The notes under the pieces were generated by a model, which ran no database searches, had not been told where the DNA came from, and was given only the letters and a program-made list of their open reading frames with translations. DNA of 64,000 nucleotides from Lama glama (Eukaryota), in contig CM052818.1 of NCBI GenBank assembly GCA_028534125.1, forward strand, positions 16,246,001 through 16,310,000, in the 5' to 3' direction. Positions 37,401 to 51,307 of this stretch are shown one piece after another. Made by a program: the position numbers and the translations under genes. Positions within the stretch are counted from its first letter, which is position 1; every line of letters begins with the position of its first letter.

Positions 37401-38407
37401 TTTTTAATGATTGGCATGAACTAACATAATTAGGGAAAAAGAGCATTTTCATGTTACATAAGAGGGGCAAGAATTATGCTCTTATACAAGAATTGTAAGA
37501 CATTTTAAATATCTAATTATATACATTAAAGAGGACTTGGCCTCAAATTCCAGTCTCACCATGCAAGCAGTAAATGAGAAAATCAGATTATCTCTTCATT
37601 AAGGTCCTAAGAGGAGGTTATAAACCACGTTTCTCTTAACAAGAAGTTCTTGATCTTTAAAAGGTAAATTTGTTTTATTGGAGAGGTTTTCAAAAGTAAC
37701 AGTCACTACCCTAAAATGACAAGAAAAGGGGGAAGAGGGTTGAGTTGAAAACAACTCAGTGGAAAGGCAAGCCTAGATTATGTTCCTGAAGGTTTTCTAT
37801 TGCTTAAGTGTATCACCATAGGTGGTTTCTGAAAGAATTACATACCTCAATTAATCATTTTAAAAAATAATGAGCATTCAACTGCTGAAATGAGTTGCAA
37901 TCAATTTATCTTGCTTAATATTCTAAAGGCTTAATTTAATTTTAAGCTTATGATCTTGTGGGAGTAATGCCTAGGAACATTCTATATTTCAAAGTACTCT
38001 TACATCAAGACTTCTTTCCCTTCCAATGAAGAATCCCTGCTGTATTATAAATCAGTTTTACTCAAGAAGCTTGGTAATCTAATCAGCATATTGGGCAAAT
38101 ATTACGGAGAATTTAAAATTATGTGCTGTCTCTTTTTCATGGGGAGAACTTCTCAGGGTTGATTTTTAAATGTATTTTCACATTATTGTGTTTTACTGGT
38201 GACAATTTTTATAACTGCTGTTTTAAATCTGCCAGTTTAATGTTGTGAATATCATACCAGTATTATCTTTTGTAAGGAGGTTAGTTACCACATCCTATTT
38301 TGAGAATCATCTACTCTGTCGCACTCTGGCTTCATGTAAAAAAAAAAGTGTTTTTGCTCTATATGTCTGGTCTATGACTAAAGAAGAATAATATACTTGC
38401 TGACACT

Positions 38408-38420
38408 GTTGCATGGTAAC
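38408..38420. promoter_or_regulatory. RFX X-box-like motif GTTGCATGGTAAC
   Basis: Matches the imperfect palindrome GTNRC(N)nRGYAAC in apparently unique sequence; function untested. Confidence 0.4.
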
Positions 38421-41094
38421 CACGGTTCTTGTCACTAAGAGCTTCTCCTTTTTGATAACACAGTTCCTTGCATCATTCTTGGAAATGAGTTGTTAACGTA
38501 GGTGCTTGACATAAGATTCTTCCTACCAGAATGAAAAAAATCACTGTCTTATATTTGTGACTGTAACATCCTTTTAATCCTGGCCTATACCCTTTCTCTC
38601 TTCCTATTAATCTTTAATGATGGTAGAAGAAACATGTTCTTTTGGCTTTGGAGAGAAATTTCCCTTTATCCTAAAAAAGTTACTGTTCCAGATATTTTTT
38701 CTTTTGTTCAAAAAATGGGCAAAGAGATGTTCCAGCAGCTGTGGCAATTTAGCTCAAATGGATCATTTATACTGGCAACCATATGTACCATAAGGTATAA
38801 AGGCAGCAGCTTGTGAACCCATTAAATGGTGAAATTCTGCTTCAGTGTTTGCTAAAACTTCATAGACAGTACTTTTTGAATTGAGCTTTGAAGGATGAAC
38901 TGACACTTCTAGGTTAAGGGAGGGAGCCCAGCATAATGTATTAGAACCATAATGATAATGGCATGTCATCCAGACAATAATTACTAAGTTAGATACTATT
39001 TAAGATAAAACATATGTTTTGCCAATAATTTTTATGCTAGAATGTAAGGAAAATTTCATCTTGAACAGATTTTCATTGTTTAAAAAATTTTCTATGCTAA
39101 TCTGTGGCCTCAGTTGTGTTAGGAAATAGATATCTATTGCCCTGGGAGACTTTCTTCTTAAAAATGTTAACTCCTTGGTACACAAAGCTAGGTACAAGCA
39201 AGAGATATGATCAGATTTATATATTATCCTAGGAACCTTCTGAAAATAAATGAATTAAAGCCCCAATCCTTTCAAAGTGACTCAAACCTCACTGATGAAT
39301 TGAGATGGTTCCAGCTGTATTTTACCAGCAAAAAGGGTCACTACTGATCCCAAATGGAAACTAACCAAACCAATTATAAAGGAAGGGGTCTGGGTTAGTG
39401 ACTCTAACTCAACACCAAATTTGAAAACTAGAAGAATGATAGTTCTGGCACAATTTGTGTCTCAGTCTAGAAGCTCCTTCTAACCTTAAACATATGACAT
39501 AGTAATCTTATTTTGGTCACAGTGGCTGGAAATGAAGTGTAAATCAAAAGAATTCTAAACTTGGAAACCCAAGTATGATGCACCAGTGAGAACTGTATAG
39601 GCATGTGCAAAACACAGAAATGACTAAGAACACATCCTGTGTGTATGAGTAACACAAGAAGGAGGTGCATTAGGAAATCAAGGTCCTTTTTGAATCAAAA
39701 GACTTTCTGATTTTCCTTCTCTCTTTTTCCCTCTCTCCCCCAGTATTTTTGATTGGCCCCTGATGCCTGAGTAAAGAAATCCTGAGGATTCAGGTATTAT
39801 GCTAAGATGAAAGGAAGCAATAGTTGAGGCACAAAGAAGGAAATTTTAGAACATTTGTTAGCAAATTCACAAAATGTTTGAGTAAGTTTTAAAATAGGAA
39901 ATAAAATAATATGTATATTAAAAACTAGTTAAAAGTAATTCAAATTCAAGGTTTTTCTTTTTTTTTTTTTAAGCAAACATAAAGATGTTTTGGAAAATAT
40001 TAACACCCAAAAAGTTATATACATTAAAGTTACTTTAAAACATTAAGTTGGGAATATTTAAGAAACTGGTTTATATATAATACACACTTTCCCCACAATG
40101 TCAGATTAAAAAATTTCCCAATATTCCATTGAAATAAAAATTCTCAAACCCTAATAGATTTAAACTTTCTTTAGCAAGGTCCGTGTGTCACTTTTATGAG
40201 GAAAGAAATTGATTCAACTTCCTGAAATAGCACTATTACTAAGTCTTAAGTTCAAGCCATGGCCTCTTCATTTTATACATTTATTTTCATAGTGTTCTTA
40301 ATATTATGGTCTTTCTATTATAAATGTTCTGACAAAAATCAGAATATGTCTTTCAGAAAGGATGGCATATATGGAGCACCACGCTCCTACTTGCTCTTCT
40401 AGGACAAATGGCAGCCACTGTTAATTGACCACATTATCCTTTCTGATTAACCTCAGATTTATTTTGAGGTCAGTGTGTCAGGCAGCCACTATGCATAAAT
40501 AAAAGTTGAAATTATAGATAAAAATAACTGTCTATCCCTAGATTAGAGAGATGATAGACAGTATGTGCAGGTTATTTAACCATTTTTTTCTGATTATAAA
40601 CATATACCAAGTTTGTTGCAGTAGCACTAGAAAATGCAAACTTAAAAACTGATGCTAAAAATTATAGATAACTGAAACATCCAGTTTTAAGAACTATCAG
40701 TATTTTAAGATTAAACATTCATATTTTAAAAATATAATTTGTGCATATAAAATATGTATGTTTTATAAATTGAGACAATACTCTTTGACCTATCTTCATT
40801 TTCCTTTTTCCAGTTTACACTGAAAGCAGACTTCCAAATATTTCTCACCAAATATTCTTCATCTTTAATGGGGACATACTTTTCCACAGCATAGTTATAA
40901 TATCATTATTGAATTCTACTAGTTTCTTTCTCTTGGACATTCATGATGTTTTCACCTTTTCCCTTAATAAAAATTATAAGAGCTCCTTATAAATAACCAC
41001 ATTTTATTTAAGAATAATTTGGTCATGATGGTGAGACAGAATATTATTACGCTTTTGTAAATTTGCTCTGACAAAGGTTCTGACAGATATTTCA

Positions 41095-41260
41095 GAATCG
41101 GTGAGATGAGGCAGATCTAGGAAGATTAATAAAGAAGTAGGACAAATCTAAACTGGCAGAAAGCACAGTATAAACTTTACATCCATGACAGGTAGAAACA
41201 GAAACCTCAGATCTGGCTTTCTTGCCCAAGAAAAGCCAGTGTGGAATCAGCACTCTACAT
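41095..41260 (-). mobile_element. MIR remnant
   Basis: aaactttacatccatgacaggtagaaacagaaacctcaga...cttgcccaag...gtggaatcagcac. Confidence 0.5.
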
Positions 41261-42401
41261 CTTTTCGAACTCAAGTTTCTCAGCGTGGAATCCCAGACAC
41301 AATGCATAAAATTCATGTCAGGGAATCAATCTATGAGACCTACAATATCTTAAAAATGTTTATTCCTTCACTACAAAAAAAAAAGTGTAAGTTGTCTGTA
41401 ATATTTATAAATTGTCCATTTTTTTCTTTTACTCTCTCTCCTCTATTCCATTCTGTAGAATAACTTATATACAAGAAGAAAGAAAGAAGAATAGAAGAAA
41501 TTATCAATTTTGCTTTGGGCTAGAGACTGGAGAAGATACAATATGATTTTTAAAAAAACATATTATAAGGATCAAAACAGAATACGGTAAAGTTTCTGAC
41601 TGTAAGAATGGGAACTATTTTAGAAATGATTTTTTGAACAATGAACAGACCTCATAAAATCTGTCAAAACACAACTTTAATTTTTGGAATAAATATTTCA
41701 AATAGATTATCTAACCATGGATACACTATATATTTGAGATGTTAAATTTATTCACATATATGCTGATCATCTGGTAGATCAGAGGTCTTCCCCATAAATT
41801 GTTTGCTGTCCTTCCAAATATACAAAAATATATGGTAGAAGGGTGTATAACTGAGAGACCCTAGGGATATGAATTTCCTCTAGTAAAGCATTTTTTGTTT
41901 TTATCTTCCTTTGATCAGGACAATGTTTCATGATTTCAGAGTAGATGTTACTGAACGGATTATGGAGTTCTGGGAACTAAGTTTAACCAGAAAGAGTGAA
42001 AACCTATGATCAAAGTAGAGACCTTAACAAAATTTTGCTTTTTTGCATTATGCCACACTTCGTGAGTGCTGGTTTACAATGTTTTGATTATAGATCACTG
42101 AAGTATATTTATCAACATAGAGAAAATGCTGAAATATCTCCATTAATAACTTGGCTGCATAATAAGTGTACAACACATTAAACACATTTTCTCTGGCCTA
42201 AATTCAATGTTATTGTCAAAATAAGAGTTTCAAACCAAAAATATAAACTGCAATTATATAAAAATATTATCACATGTTTAAGATTTAATTATAGTCTTAT
42301 AATTATTTCCAAATGCGGAGCCAGAACACAGTGTGATACACAAAGCAATCCATTAATATACAAGAAGAAAATGATAGAGATCATATTTATTTTCCAAGTC
42401 A

Positions 42402-42797
42402 TCTATTTTAGTCTGCTCAGGCTGCCCTAACAAAATATCATAAACTGATGGCTTAAACAACAGAAATGCATGTCTCATAATTCTGGAGGCTGGAAAGTTC
42501 AAGATCAAGGTGCCAGCCAATTTGGTTCCTGGTGAGAGTTCTATTCTTGGATTGGAAACAGCTATCTACTTGCTATATTCACACATAGCAACACAGAGCA
42601 AAGAGAGAGAGAAAGAGAGAAGGCTCTCTGGTGTGTATTCTCATGAAGACACTAATCCTATCAGATCAGAGCCCCATCCTTACAATCTGATTTAACCTTA
42701 ATTATTACCTTAGAGGTCCATCTCCAACTGGAGCCACATTGGGGGTTTGGGCTTCAATATATGGACTCTGGGGGAACACAAACATTCAACCCTAAAA
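42402..42797 (-). mobile_element. MLT1A/B-type MaLR solo LTR
   Basis: ggctgccctaacaaaatatcataaactgatggcttaaacaacagaaat...ctggaggctggaaagttcaagatcaaggtgccagc...gggggaacacaaacattca. Confidence 0.92.
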
Positions 42798-42867
42798 TTA
42801 TTTCTTTTGTATTGTATTTTATGGCATGTTTTATGAAGTATACTAGCACAATAGTGTATTTATAAAA

Positions 42868-42950
42868 CATACACACACACACAAATATATACATATACAC
42901 ATAAACATACAAACACACACATACATGTCTGTCTGTATGCATGCATGGCA
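42868..42950. repeat. (CA/TA)n-rich simple repeat
   Basis: acatacacacacacacaaatatatacatatacac... Confidence 0.8.
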
Positions 42951-43384
42951 TATCTCATTATAAAGAAGAAAAAACGAACAGAGGCCTGTGCACAAGCAGC
43001 AGAGTTTGAAAACTACTAATCTGGCATCTATTTTAATTCTACAGGTGAGAAATTTACTATGTCTCAAAATTAGCATAGCCCATTTTTACATAAGTCTATT
43101 GTAAGTTTTTTTTTCAGTATTTTCAGTCAAACTATGTCCCTGAATAATGCTCATTCATTGGTTTCACTTCTGCTACTTTACAACAAACATAAAAACTTAT
43201 CCCTCTTCTCATGTCACAGACAGTTACTTATATGCAGTTACTATATTTAATTCAATGTATTTATTATTGAGTCTCTGATGCCACTGAATGCTGGGGCTAT
43301 AATCTCCACCATTAGGGATTTTATAGTGTGTTTCTGGAGACATTCAATAACAAGAATTACTTTATTGAAGTAGAATAAGATCAA

Positions 43385-43543
43385 GGAAAAAGGTGTAACT
43401 ATACGAGGTGGTGAATGCTAGCTAAATTTATCATGGTAATCATTTTGCAATATATGCATAGAGCTAATTGTTATGTTGTACATCTTAAACTAATACAATG
43501 CTACATGTCAATTATACTACAATAAAACTTGTTTAAAAAAAAA
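43385..43543 (+). mobile_element. L1 extreme 3' end with poly(A)
   Basis: ggtaatcattttgcaatatatg...tatgttgtacatcttaaactaatacaatg...caataaaac...aaaaaaaaa; possible TSD agaataagatc / agaaagatc. Confidence 0.85.
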
Positions 43544-44863
43544 CCCAGAAAGATCCAGAAAAAGGAAGTCCATAACAGTGGCTACACTAAGGAAAAGCAT
43601 TTAATATGCAGAGAGGGTGATGAACAGAAGCATTCATAAAAATAAAAGTTTTTGCAAATAAACCCTCTAACACTGCAGAACAGAAAGGAGAGCCTTCCAG
43701 GGAGAAAGCAAAGCTGAGATCTTGAAAGTCCAAAAGTATAGAGAACAAGATGCGTTTTCGGAAGAGCCAGCAATTCAATAAACCGCAAGCTCATCATGTT
43801 GTTAAGGTCGAGATCTAATTTGGAATTAGAGCAAGAAATAACACTTAAAGAAATTCAACCCAGAGAATGATACACTTAGTATTTTAAGAAATTCTTTCTA
43901 GTTGTATAATGGGAAAAAATGATTGGGTATTTACCGGCCAAAAGGGAGGTAAGAATCTAAGGCACCCAAAATGTCTGCTTATGGTAGAACTGAATTGGCA
44001 TGGCATTGCAAGATCTGTTAACCCCTTTCCAGAATTTTTTGTGTGTGTGATGAAAGAGGTGGTGATATGCACACATTTATCCACTTGTAAGATCTTAAGG
44101 CAAAGAAGTGAAAGTTCATTGATAAGGCTGAGGATGTGGAATACTGACTTGAGGTGTTCCAAAAGACACAATGAAATACCTTGGAGAAATAAAAGGAGTT
44201 TAGCAGAGTATGAAGATGTTGTATAAATGAAGCTACGAAGGAAACTGATAATCAGAAGTACTAATATTTTGCAAGGTATCAAGTTACAAAGGGATATATA
44301 AGCCACATTGGTCAAACTTGGCCTCAAAATCTCTGTCCCCTAGTGGATGCAGCAATGTAGAACTTTCTAGAAGGAGTCAAAGATGGCCTAAACTGATTAT
44401 TCTTCTGAGATTGCCCTGTCCCAACTGATCAAACTGGCTTAATATTTACAATAGCAGCAGTGTCAAGCAATGTCACTGTGTCAGTTCTCTCTGGAAGAAG
44501 TCTTCTGTGCTCTAGGCCAAAAAGGTCCAATCCCTAAGTCTTCCACATAGTAACTGATTGTATATCCCTTCATAAAGTTGATTAGTCCTCACAAAAGAGA
44601 TTCCAGTCTGCCTATGACCACAAAGCAGCTTAGAAAATTAATTTTTAATCTGCACCATCTTTGTTCAAAAAAGAATTTAAAATGGCTAAAATAGGTGATA
44701 TTAAAATATGTTGGTGGGGAAATGAGGCAATAGGACAAAAAGAATAGATAACACAATTTAAGTGAATTGTGAAGTTAAGAATGTAAAATACATGCTGTAA
44801 GTTCTTGAATAATTCCAAAACAAGACTACAAATTTAGCTATCCTATTTTCTACAATACACCAC

Positions 44864-44891
44864 GTGTATGTGTGTGTGTGTGTGTGTGTGT
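44864..44891. repeat. (TG)n microsatellite
   Basis: gtgtatgtgtgtgtgtgtgtgtgtgtgt. Confidence 0.95.
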
Positions 44892-46204
44892 ACATGTGCA
44901 TGAAGGTATGCATGTGTATCTGCTGTTGATTTAGAAAAAGGGAATAGTCTGAAAGCCATAAGGATGTAGTTTTTTTGTGGCACTATTAGAGAGATATATG
45001 GGAATACTTAAAGGCTTTAATCTCATGGCCTTTTGTGATGAATCTATCATCTACGATTTCTGTTCACAGAAAGTTTGCTGAAAGGCAACCCAAGAGAATG
45101 ATATATTAAGGTTGTCAAAGATCAGAGCAATCACTCCAAAATCCATTTCCGAGCACCTGAACCTGTGAAGTTTATGGAGATTCAAGAGCCCCCAAGCTCT
45201 TGAATGTTCTTCTCGGTAGCTAGTTATACTAAGCTGTATTTTTTAAATGACACTACCGACCCCTCACCTTAACCAAGTCAATTACTCTAGATTAAAACAG
45301 TTCTGACATTGCATATGGAATAGCTAATCCTACAGGTGCTCTAATCTAAAGTCAGAAGTCCTGGCTGACTTCAGTCAAGGCACCAGTCTAACTACAAAAG
45401 AAACCATCTTGGGCAGCTCAGATCTTTTAATGAACCTGATAAAAAAAATGAAATTGGATAAAAAGTCCAATGTTATGAATTCTCATACCATATCTTGACA
45501 GGTAAAAAAATAAAAAGAAATACATAACTTCAAATAACACATAAAAGAAGCAAATTTGCTTTTGAGTTTATATCTAAAAGTTTCATACCACAAAGTTCCT
45601 CAATGACTATATGATTTAAACTATATACTCTAAAGATACATAAATTATTGTGGCTGATTCATCAGGACACATAGAAAACATTTAATTGATGTTTCTTTAC
45701 TCACCTTGGTATGTGCTTTCCTAAGGAATGCACTTCTATAGGAATGTACTTGGTATGTATTTCTTTAAAAATCTCCAATTTATAGAATAAAGGCAATACA
45801 AAGTATTTCTGATATATAATGTTTGTGGGAAAAAAAACTTTGAAAAAAAGTATTATGCATTTAGACTTTGGAAGCAAGCATCATTGTCAGCCACTGGAAA
45901 AATAATTTCATTATTTAGTTATCTTTAAAAGTTTACAACCTCTACCTATCTTTCTTTGGACTCTTCTTGTCTTAATTTTCCAGTTTTCCCACTTTCTACT
46001 TATTTCCATCAGTTGAATCCTTTATTGTTCTTTCCTAACCTATTCAAGAAAACTATGTTTAGTCATTAACCCCTAAGTATAAATTAATTATTATGAAATG
46101 CCTCTCAGGATAATGGTAATTTCAGATGATGATAATTTAAGTTATATGGCTGAAAGAGATATTTTGCAGCTGAGATATATTATAGAAGAACATAATATAT
46201 AAAA

Positions 46205-46380
46205 TTTTACTACTGCTAGTACTATTTATTAGAGTTACTCTGTGAGGTTCTTAAATATTTTCCAAATATTAACTCATTTAAAATTCACAGCAGTCTATGA
46301 CATAAGTCCTATTATTGTCATCATATTATATATGAGGATATAATAGTATACAGAGACAAAATAATTTTTCCCATCAAGGT
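46205..46380 (-). mobile_element. MIR SINE
   Basis: tattaactcatttaaaattcacagcagtctatgacataagtcctattattgtcatcatattatatatgagga. Confidence 0.7.
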
Positions 46381-47873
46381 TTGAAATAACTTTCTCTGTG
46401 TAGGCCCAAGTTCTTCCTGTAGCATTTGAACTCAGTCTAGTTCAAAAAAATGGCACTTCTGAAAAATGCATGTTACATTCTCTATATAAAAAGTACAAAA
46501 AATAGTAATATTAGAAAGTAATTATTGTCAAATTATAAATACTCATCAGCTAATTTAAATCATCTTTGTAACAGAGTAATCCTTAAGCAAACATATATAG
46601 AGAAATAAATATGCATGCATATAAAGTAAATCTATGTACAGGAACATGTTCATTATAGATGATTTAGAAAATGTATAAATGTTTAAAACAAAAATTAAAA
46701 ATTATAAGCAATTTCAGCAACCACAGAAAGCCCAATGCTAATATTCTGGTGAATTTTTTTCCAATCAATTATACATGCATATATAAATATTTCTTTTCTT
46801 TCACTTATTATGTCAATTCTAACATTCTAATAATAGTAATTCCATTGTGCCACTTATATTTTGCCATTATACATTATACATCAGTCCAAACTTTCCAAGA
46901 GCTATTTACTCCATAACATCTGTTCAAGTAAGAATGCTTTCTCCACAGAGTATTTCACTTGACAGTGACCCATAGATACTTCTATTTCCATTGTCACTAC
47001 CTTAAGGGAGACATTTGTTGATTCCTCTCCCAGCAAACTAGCAAAGTTTTAGAAATAGACATTGTATGTTAGTTATCTTTGAATTCCACTTAGTACCAAA
47101 AAACAATGTATTCTATGCTGTAAGCCCTCCGTCAATGAAAGCTGAATTAAACTCAGAGTATGATGAAGACTTAATTAAGAGCAGATCACAAGTCCTTAAA
47201 ACTTTAATATTTGACCAAACCACAACTATAAGAGTTTGAAATAGCCATAACAACAAAATGTATTTAGAACCATCAAGGATAGCACATTTTTTTTTTAATA
47301 CTGCTAGGTTTAGTCAGTGGAGTCTCATTGGGAATATTAACATCATCTGCCAGTCTAGTACATTTGTTATTATGTGTGTTCATTGATATTTACAGAGCAT
47401 TCTTGGGTGAACTCCTTAAGCTTATGAGAATAAAATCCATTTTTATTGCTTTTATGCCTCACTGAAAGAAATATATTTGAATTATTTCTAAGTATTTAAT
47501 AACTTAATGGGTTTAAGGGATATTGGAGTATGTCATTACCTATTTTGTATGTCTCTAGGTTCTAAAAGGGTCTCCCCCTTGCATTCTCTGGAATTTGCAG
47601 AGCAGTTAGTTGATTTAATTTGTGGACATTTTAAAATCAAGAATGCCATGCTTTCTACCTCATGTTACCTGAGGGAGCATTTCACATTATTGTTTCTCCA
47701 TATAACCATTAAAAAATTCCTCAGGTGGTGTATATTAGACATTATTAATGGTGGCAAGGCATGCCTAGGACTTGGTATATAGGAATGAAAGGTAATACCC
47801 TAATCCAGTTCATCACAAGTATGTAATGCACTAAAATCAGCCTGAGGAAAGAAGTAGTGACATTTATGGGGTT

Positions 47874-47897
47874 TTTTGTTTGTTTGTTTGTTTGTTT
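47874..47897. repeat. (TTTG)n microsatellite
   Basis: ttttgtttgtttgtttgtttgttt. Confidence 0.9.
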
Positions 47898-50034
47898 TCT
47901 TGTTTCTAGTTAGTTTATCTCATAGATTACTCTTAAAGTGTTGGAAAGGAAAAGGTAGCAAAACTCTTCAATATAGACCCAGAACACACATTTATGCTTT
48001 TATAAAATATTTTCTAAGTAATTCTTAGAAAACCACACTTTCAACATAAATTTATGTTAAACATTAAAAATTGTAAGAACTATAATACAACTTTTAATAA
48101 TTTACTGTATTATTTATTGCTAACCGTGGGTTTCTTAAGTTTTATTTTTGAGAGGAAATGTTTGATATTTAATAAAAAATTAAGTTAATTATTACAGAAG
48201 GTATTTCTTTTTATTAGAGTTCTGTTACTCTATGAAATAAGTATTAAAGTATATTTTGGTACAAACCTTTTCTATATGTTTACAACTGTCATTTGAAATA
48301 TTTTTTGAACTGTAAGAAATTTAACTTTTATCTAATAAAAGATAGGCACAATTATTTGAACATAATAGTTTATAAAGTAAATTTAAAACTAATCTTTCTA
48401 GAGAATACACATTTAACTGGGGAAGGATACAACTAGAGAATTTTATTTTATCTTTGAGAAAAAAATTCACCCTCTCTATGACAAAGGAATAATAGTAAAT
48501 CAATAAAATAGTGGGCTGGATTTTGTTATCTCTTTAACTCTCTTCTAGGCCTAAAAGCTATGATTATAAATTGGTGAATCAGTTAAACACTGTAGAAATT
48601 TCAATACATTTTTTTTAATATTCTGTCCATTTCTACAGATCAAAGTTAGCCATTTTAAAAGGAATGCCAAATTATTTTCTCTAATTACTAATGCTAAGGC
48701 AAAGCAACAAAATACTACCCAATATACAACCTGCATTTATAAATCACAAATCTGCCCATCTAATTAAAGATACCCAGTCTCCTTCAGCTATAGGGTTCCT
48801 CAATAGCTTGATGTAATTTACAAAGGAAAAGACAAAAAGCCTTTTAAATTTTACCTCATGATCTAGAGCTGGTGATGAGAGGAAATATAGAGGTTCCACA
48901 ACTCTTTTAAGAAGCTATAAACCATTGTGCCTGCTTTAACATTTATCAATTTTTAACCACTGCTACAAGGCTTCCAGCAATCAATTATTCCCTGGCTCAG
49001 AGAGGGACTCAAAGCTATACCAGATAAACCAGAAATCAATTTTACTGCCTTGTGGCTGATTTCTAAATATGTTTCTTTTCACCACATCTAAAATAGACAA
49101 GGCTAGAATTTTACTGGTTCTGTGACAATTATTTTTACAACACATACACAAAAAGCAACCATTTTTAAATGAGAGGAAAGGATGCTTTTAGATTTGTACA
49201 GCCTCTTTCTATTTCCCTTTTTTCAAATGAACAGATAAAGTTGAAGAGGGAAATAATTTTTTTTTCCTTTCTGCTTTGCATGAAACTGGTTTGTAAGTGA
49301 TGGAAACATTATTTATTTCATTTAAGCCACTATCTTTTTCATCTCACTTCTGTTGAATTTCTGCCAGATAATGCACAGAGTAATACTTAGTACGAAGCAC
49401 TCTTTAGCATCTTCCCCTCTACCACAGCCACTGGGACCAAGTGATTACAAATCTCTCATTTTTCATTCTCTTATATTTTCACTCCATTTAAAACTTTTTC
49501 TCACTTTTCATTCATAGTTCTTTGGTCTCCAATGTACAATGTTTCCACACAATTGAATCACTAGAACAGTGTATTTCAAAAACCTTTAGCCTGGTCAGGA
49601 AAGTAAGGAACATGAGTTAGGGTGATGGATTGGAAATGATGCTAAGAAAATACTTCAAAATAAAAGAAATAATTACTATTTAATTTCATTTTTAATGATT
49701 AAATGTGTGCATATAGCCTTATGCATTTTGAATATACAGATATTATAGATGTGGGCTCTATGTTTACAAAAGGAAGAGCATAAAATTTGACTTCTATATG
49801 TATATATTGATTAAAGGTAATTAATTTGCTTTTCAAAAGAATGTTTCTTTCAAAACGTTATTAGCTAAATCTTAATGTACGAAAATTTTAAAATATATAG
49901 TTAGGAAAGTTGGTTTATTCCAAGAAAAAATGCAAACCTTAAAAGAGATTCTTCAAGGGTAGGTGGAAAACGTGTGTAACTAACTTTGGAAATTAGAGAA
50001 ATCCATGAATAAAGACTAAGTAACTTGCATACAA

Positions 50035-50905
50035 CCACTGGACTGTAGTTAATAAAATTGTTTCCCATTTATATGCAGGTTTACAATTCTGATACCACTA
50101 TAGATATATACCGGAATTGAACAGTTAAGCAAATGGATGGTGGATGTTGGAAGCTAGGCTTCTAAATACTAGAGCTGGAGATGACACATAAGCAAGGTAG
50201 AAAGCTAGAATGATCTTGTGGTAATGAATAACCAGAAGTAACTTTGGAGATCAGTATAAACTCATCTTTACCCTAATAAGATACAAATGGTCACATATAG
50301 AGAGAGAATGAGTGAGTGAGTGAGTGTTATTTTACATGCATATGTTTCTCTGCTTTGTTAACTGAGAGGGCCTAAAGAAACAACACTCCAGTAGCTATGG
50401 ACATACAGCACCCATTGCTTGATTTCTAATAACCTTCTCCAATACAAGGAGCTAATTAAGGCTCCTTATAAAAATGTCTGGTTCTAGTACCAGGGCACGA
50501 AATACACAAGATGAACACTAAGTATCTTGTAGTGTCAAAAAATTTAAAAAAGCACTCAAAAAGAATAAAATTCACACTGATGGGATATGTCAGTAAAGCA
50601 TAGAAATCAATGAGAGAGCTTCCAATGACATAAGCTAAAACAATCTGAGAAGAAAAATAGAGCAGGATTGGATTTATCCATCAGTTTATACTGATATAAA
50701 TAAATGATTGAATAAATTAATAAATAGTGGAAAATGGACAAGTTTCCCACATAGAAATCCAAATGATTTATGTATGTATTTTGCCCTAAAGAAGGGGGAA
50801 CTTAACTCCCCACTCCTGAGGTTTGGGTTGTGCATAGTGTAGACTTCCTTCTAAAGAATATGGTAGTGGAAAAGGAAAGTTAAAAGGTAACTTTATAGTG
50901 CAGAG
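50035..50905 (+). mobile_element. L1MD/L1MC3-type 3'UTR
   Basis: gaattgaacagttaagcaaatggatggtggatg...aagctagaatgatcttgtggtaatg...ataaataaatgattgaataaat...aactccccactcctgag. Confidence 0.8.
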
Positions 50906-51297
50906 CAGTTAACTACAAGATGCAATTACCTCTGTAAAGATCATCTGGCTAGGACATTTGAAAAGCTGGTCCAAAAAGGAATCTTTGTGAGAATTCCCTT
51001 TTTTTCTACTTTCTGGTCTCACAGTTCCTTCTCAAGTTAATAAAAGAGTATGAAGGATTTCTTTTTCCAGTTAATGTGTAATGGGAAAAATAATGAATTA
51101 GAGTCAGTCAAAATTCTGTCTTGCCCTAGACAGGAGTTTAGAATAAGGTCTTGCCTTGCTCTGCAAGTGGGAAAAAAAAAAAAGTTCCAAGTTTTATTCT
51201 TTTAACTTGACTGCTTTATCTATTTGGCATAAAGAATTTTTGATATATAAGTTAATGACAAAAGGTGAATTATTATTATCATTACTTTATGATAAGA

Positions 51298-51307
51298 GTG
51301 ACGTCAC
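51298..51307. promoter_or_regulatory. Full palindromic CRE (GTGACGTCAC)
   Basis: Perfect TGACGTCA with intact CpG next to TGATAAG; function untested. Confidence 0.3.

Noticed and set aside
41919..42010. Acceptor followed by short ORF TMFHDFRVDVTERIMEFWELSLTRKSENL*
   Set aside because: No recognisable homology and no linked upstream exon; good-looking acceptors are frequent by chance
43884..44327. Longest ORFs in the track (147 aa minus, 105 aa plus, overlapping)
   Set aside because: No recognisable domain, no supporting splice sites or processed-pseudogene hallmarks; consistent with chance ORFs
45180..45205. Perfect 10-bp hairpin attcaagagc-ccccaa-gctcttgaat
   Set aside because: About one such stem is expected by chance in 64 kb; too short for a pre-miRNA
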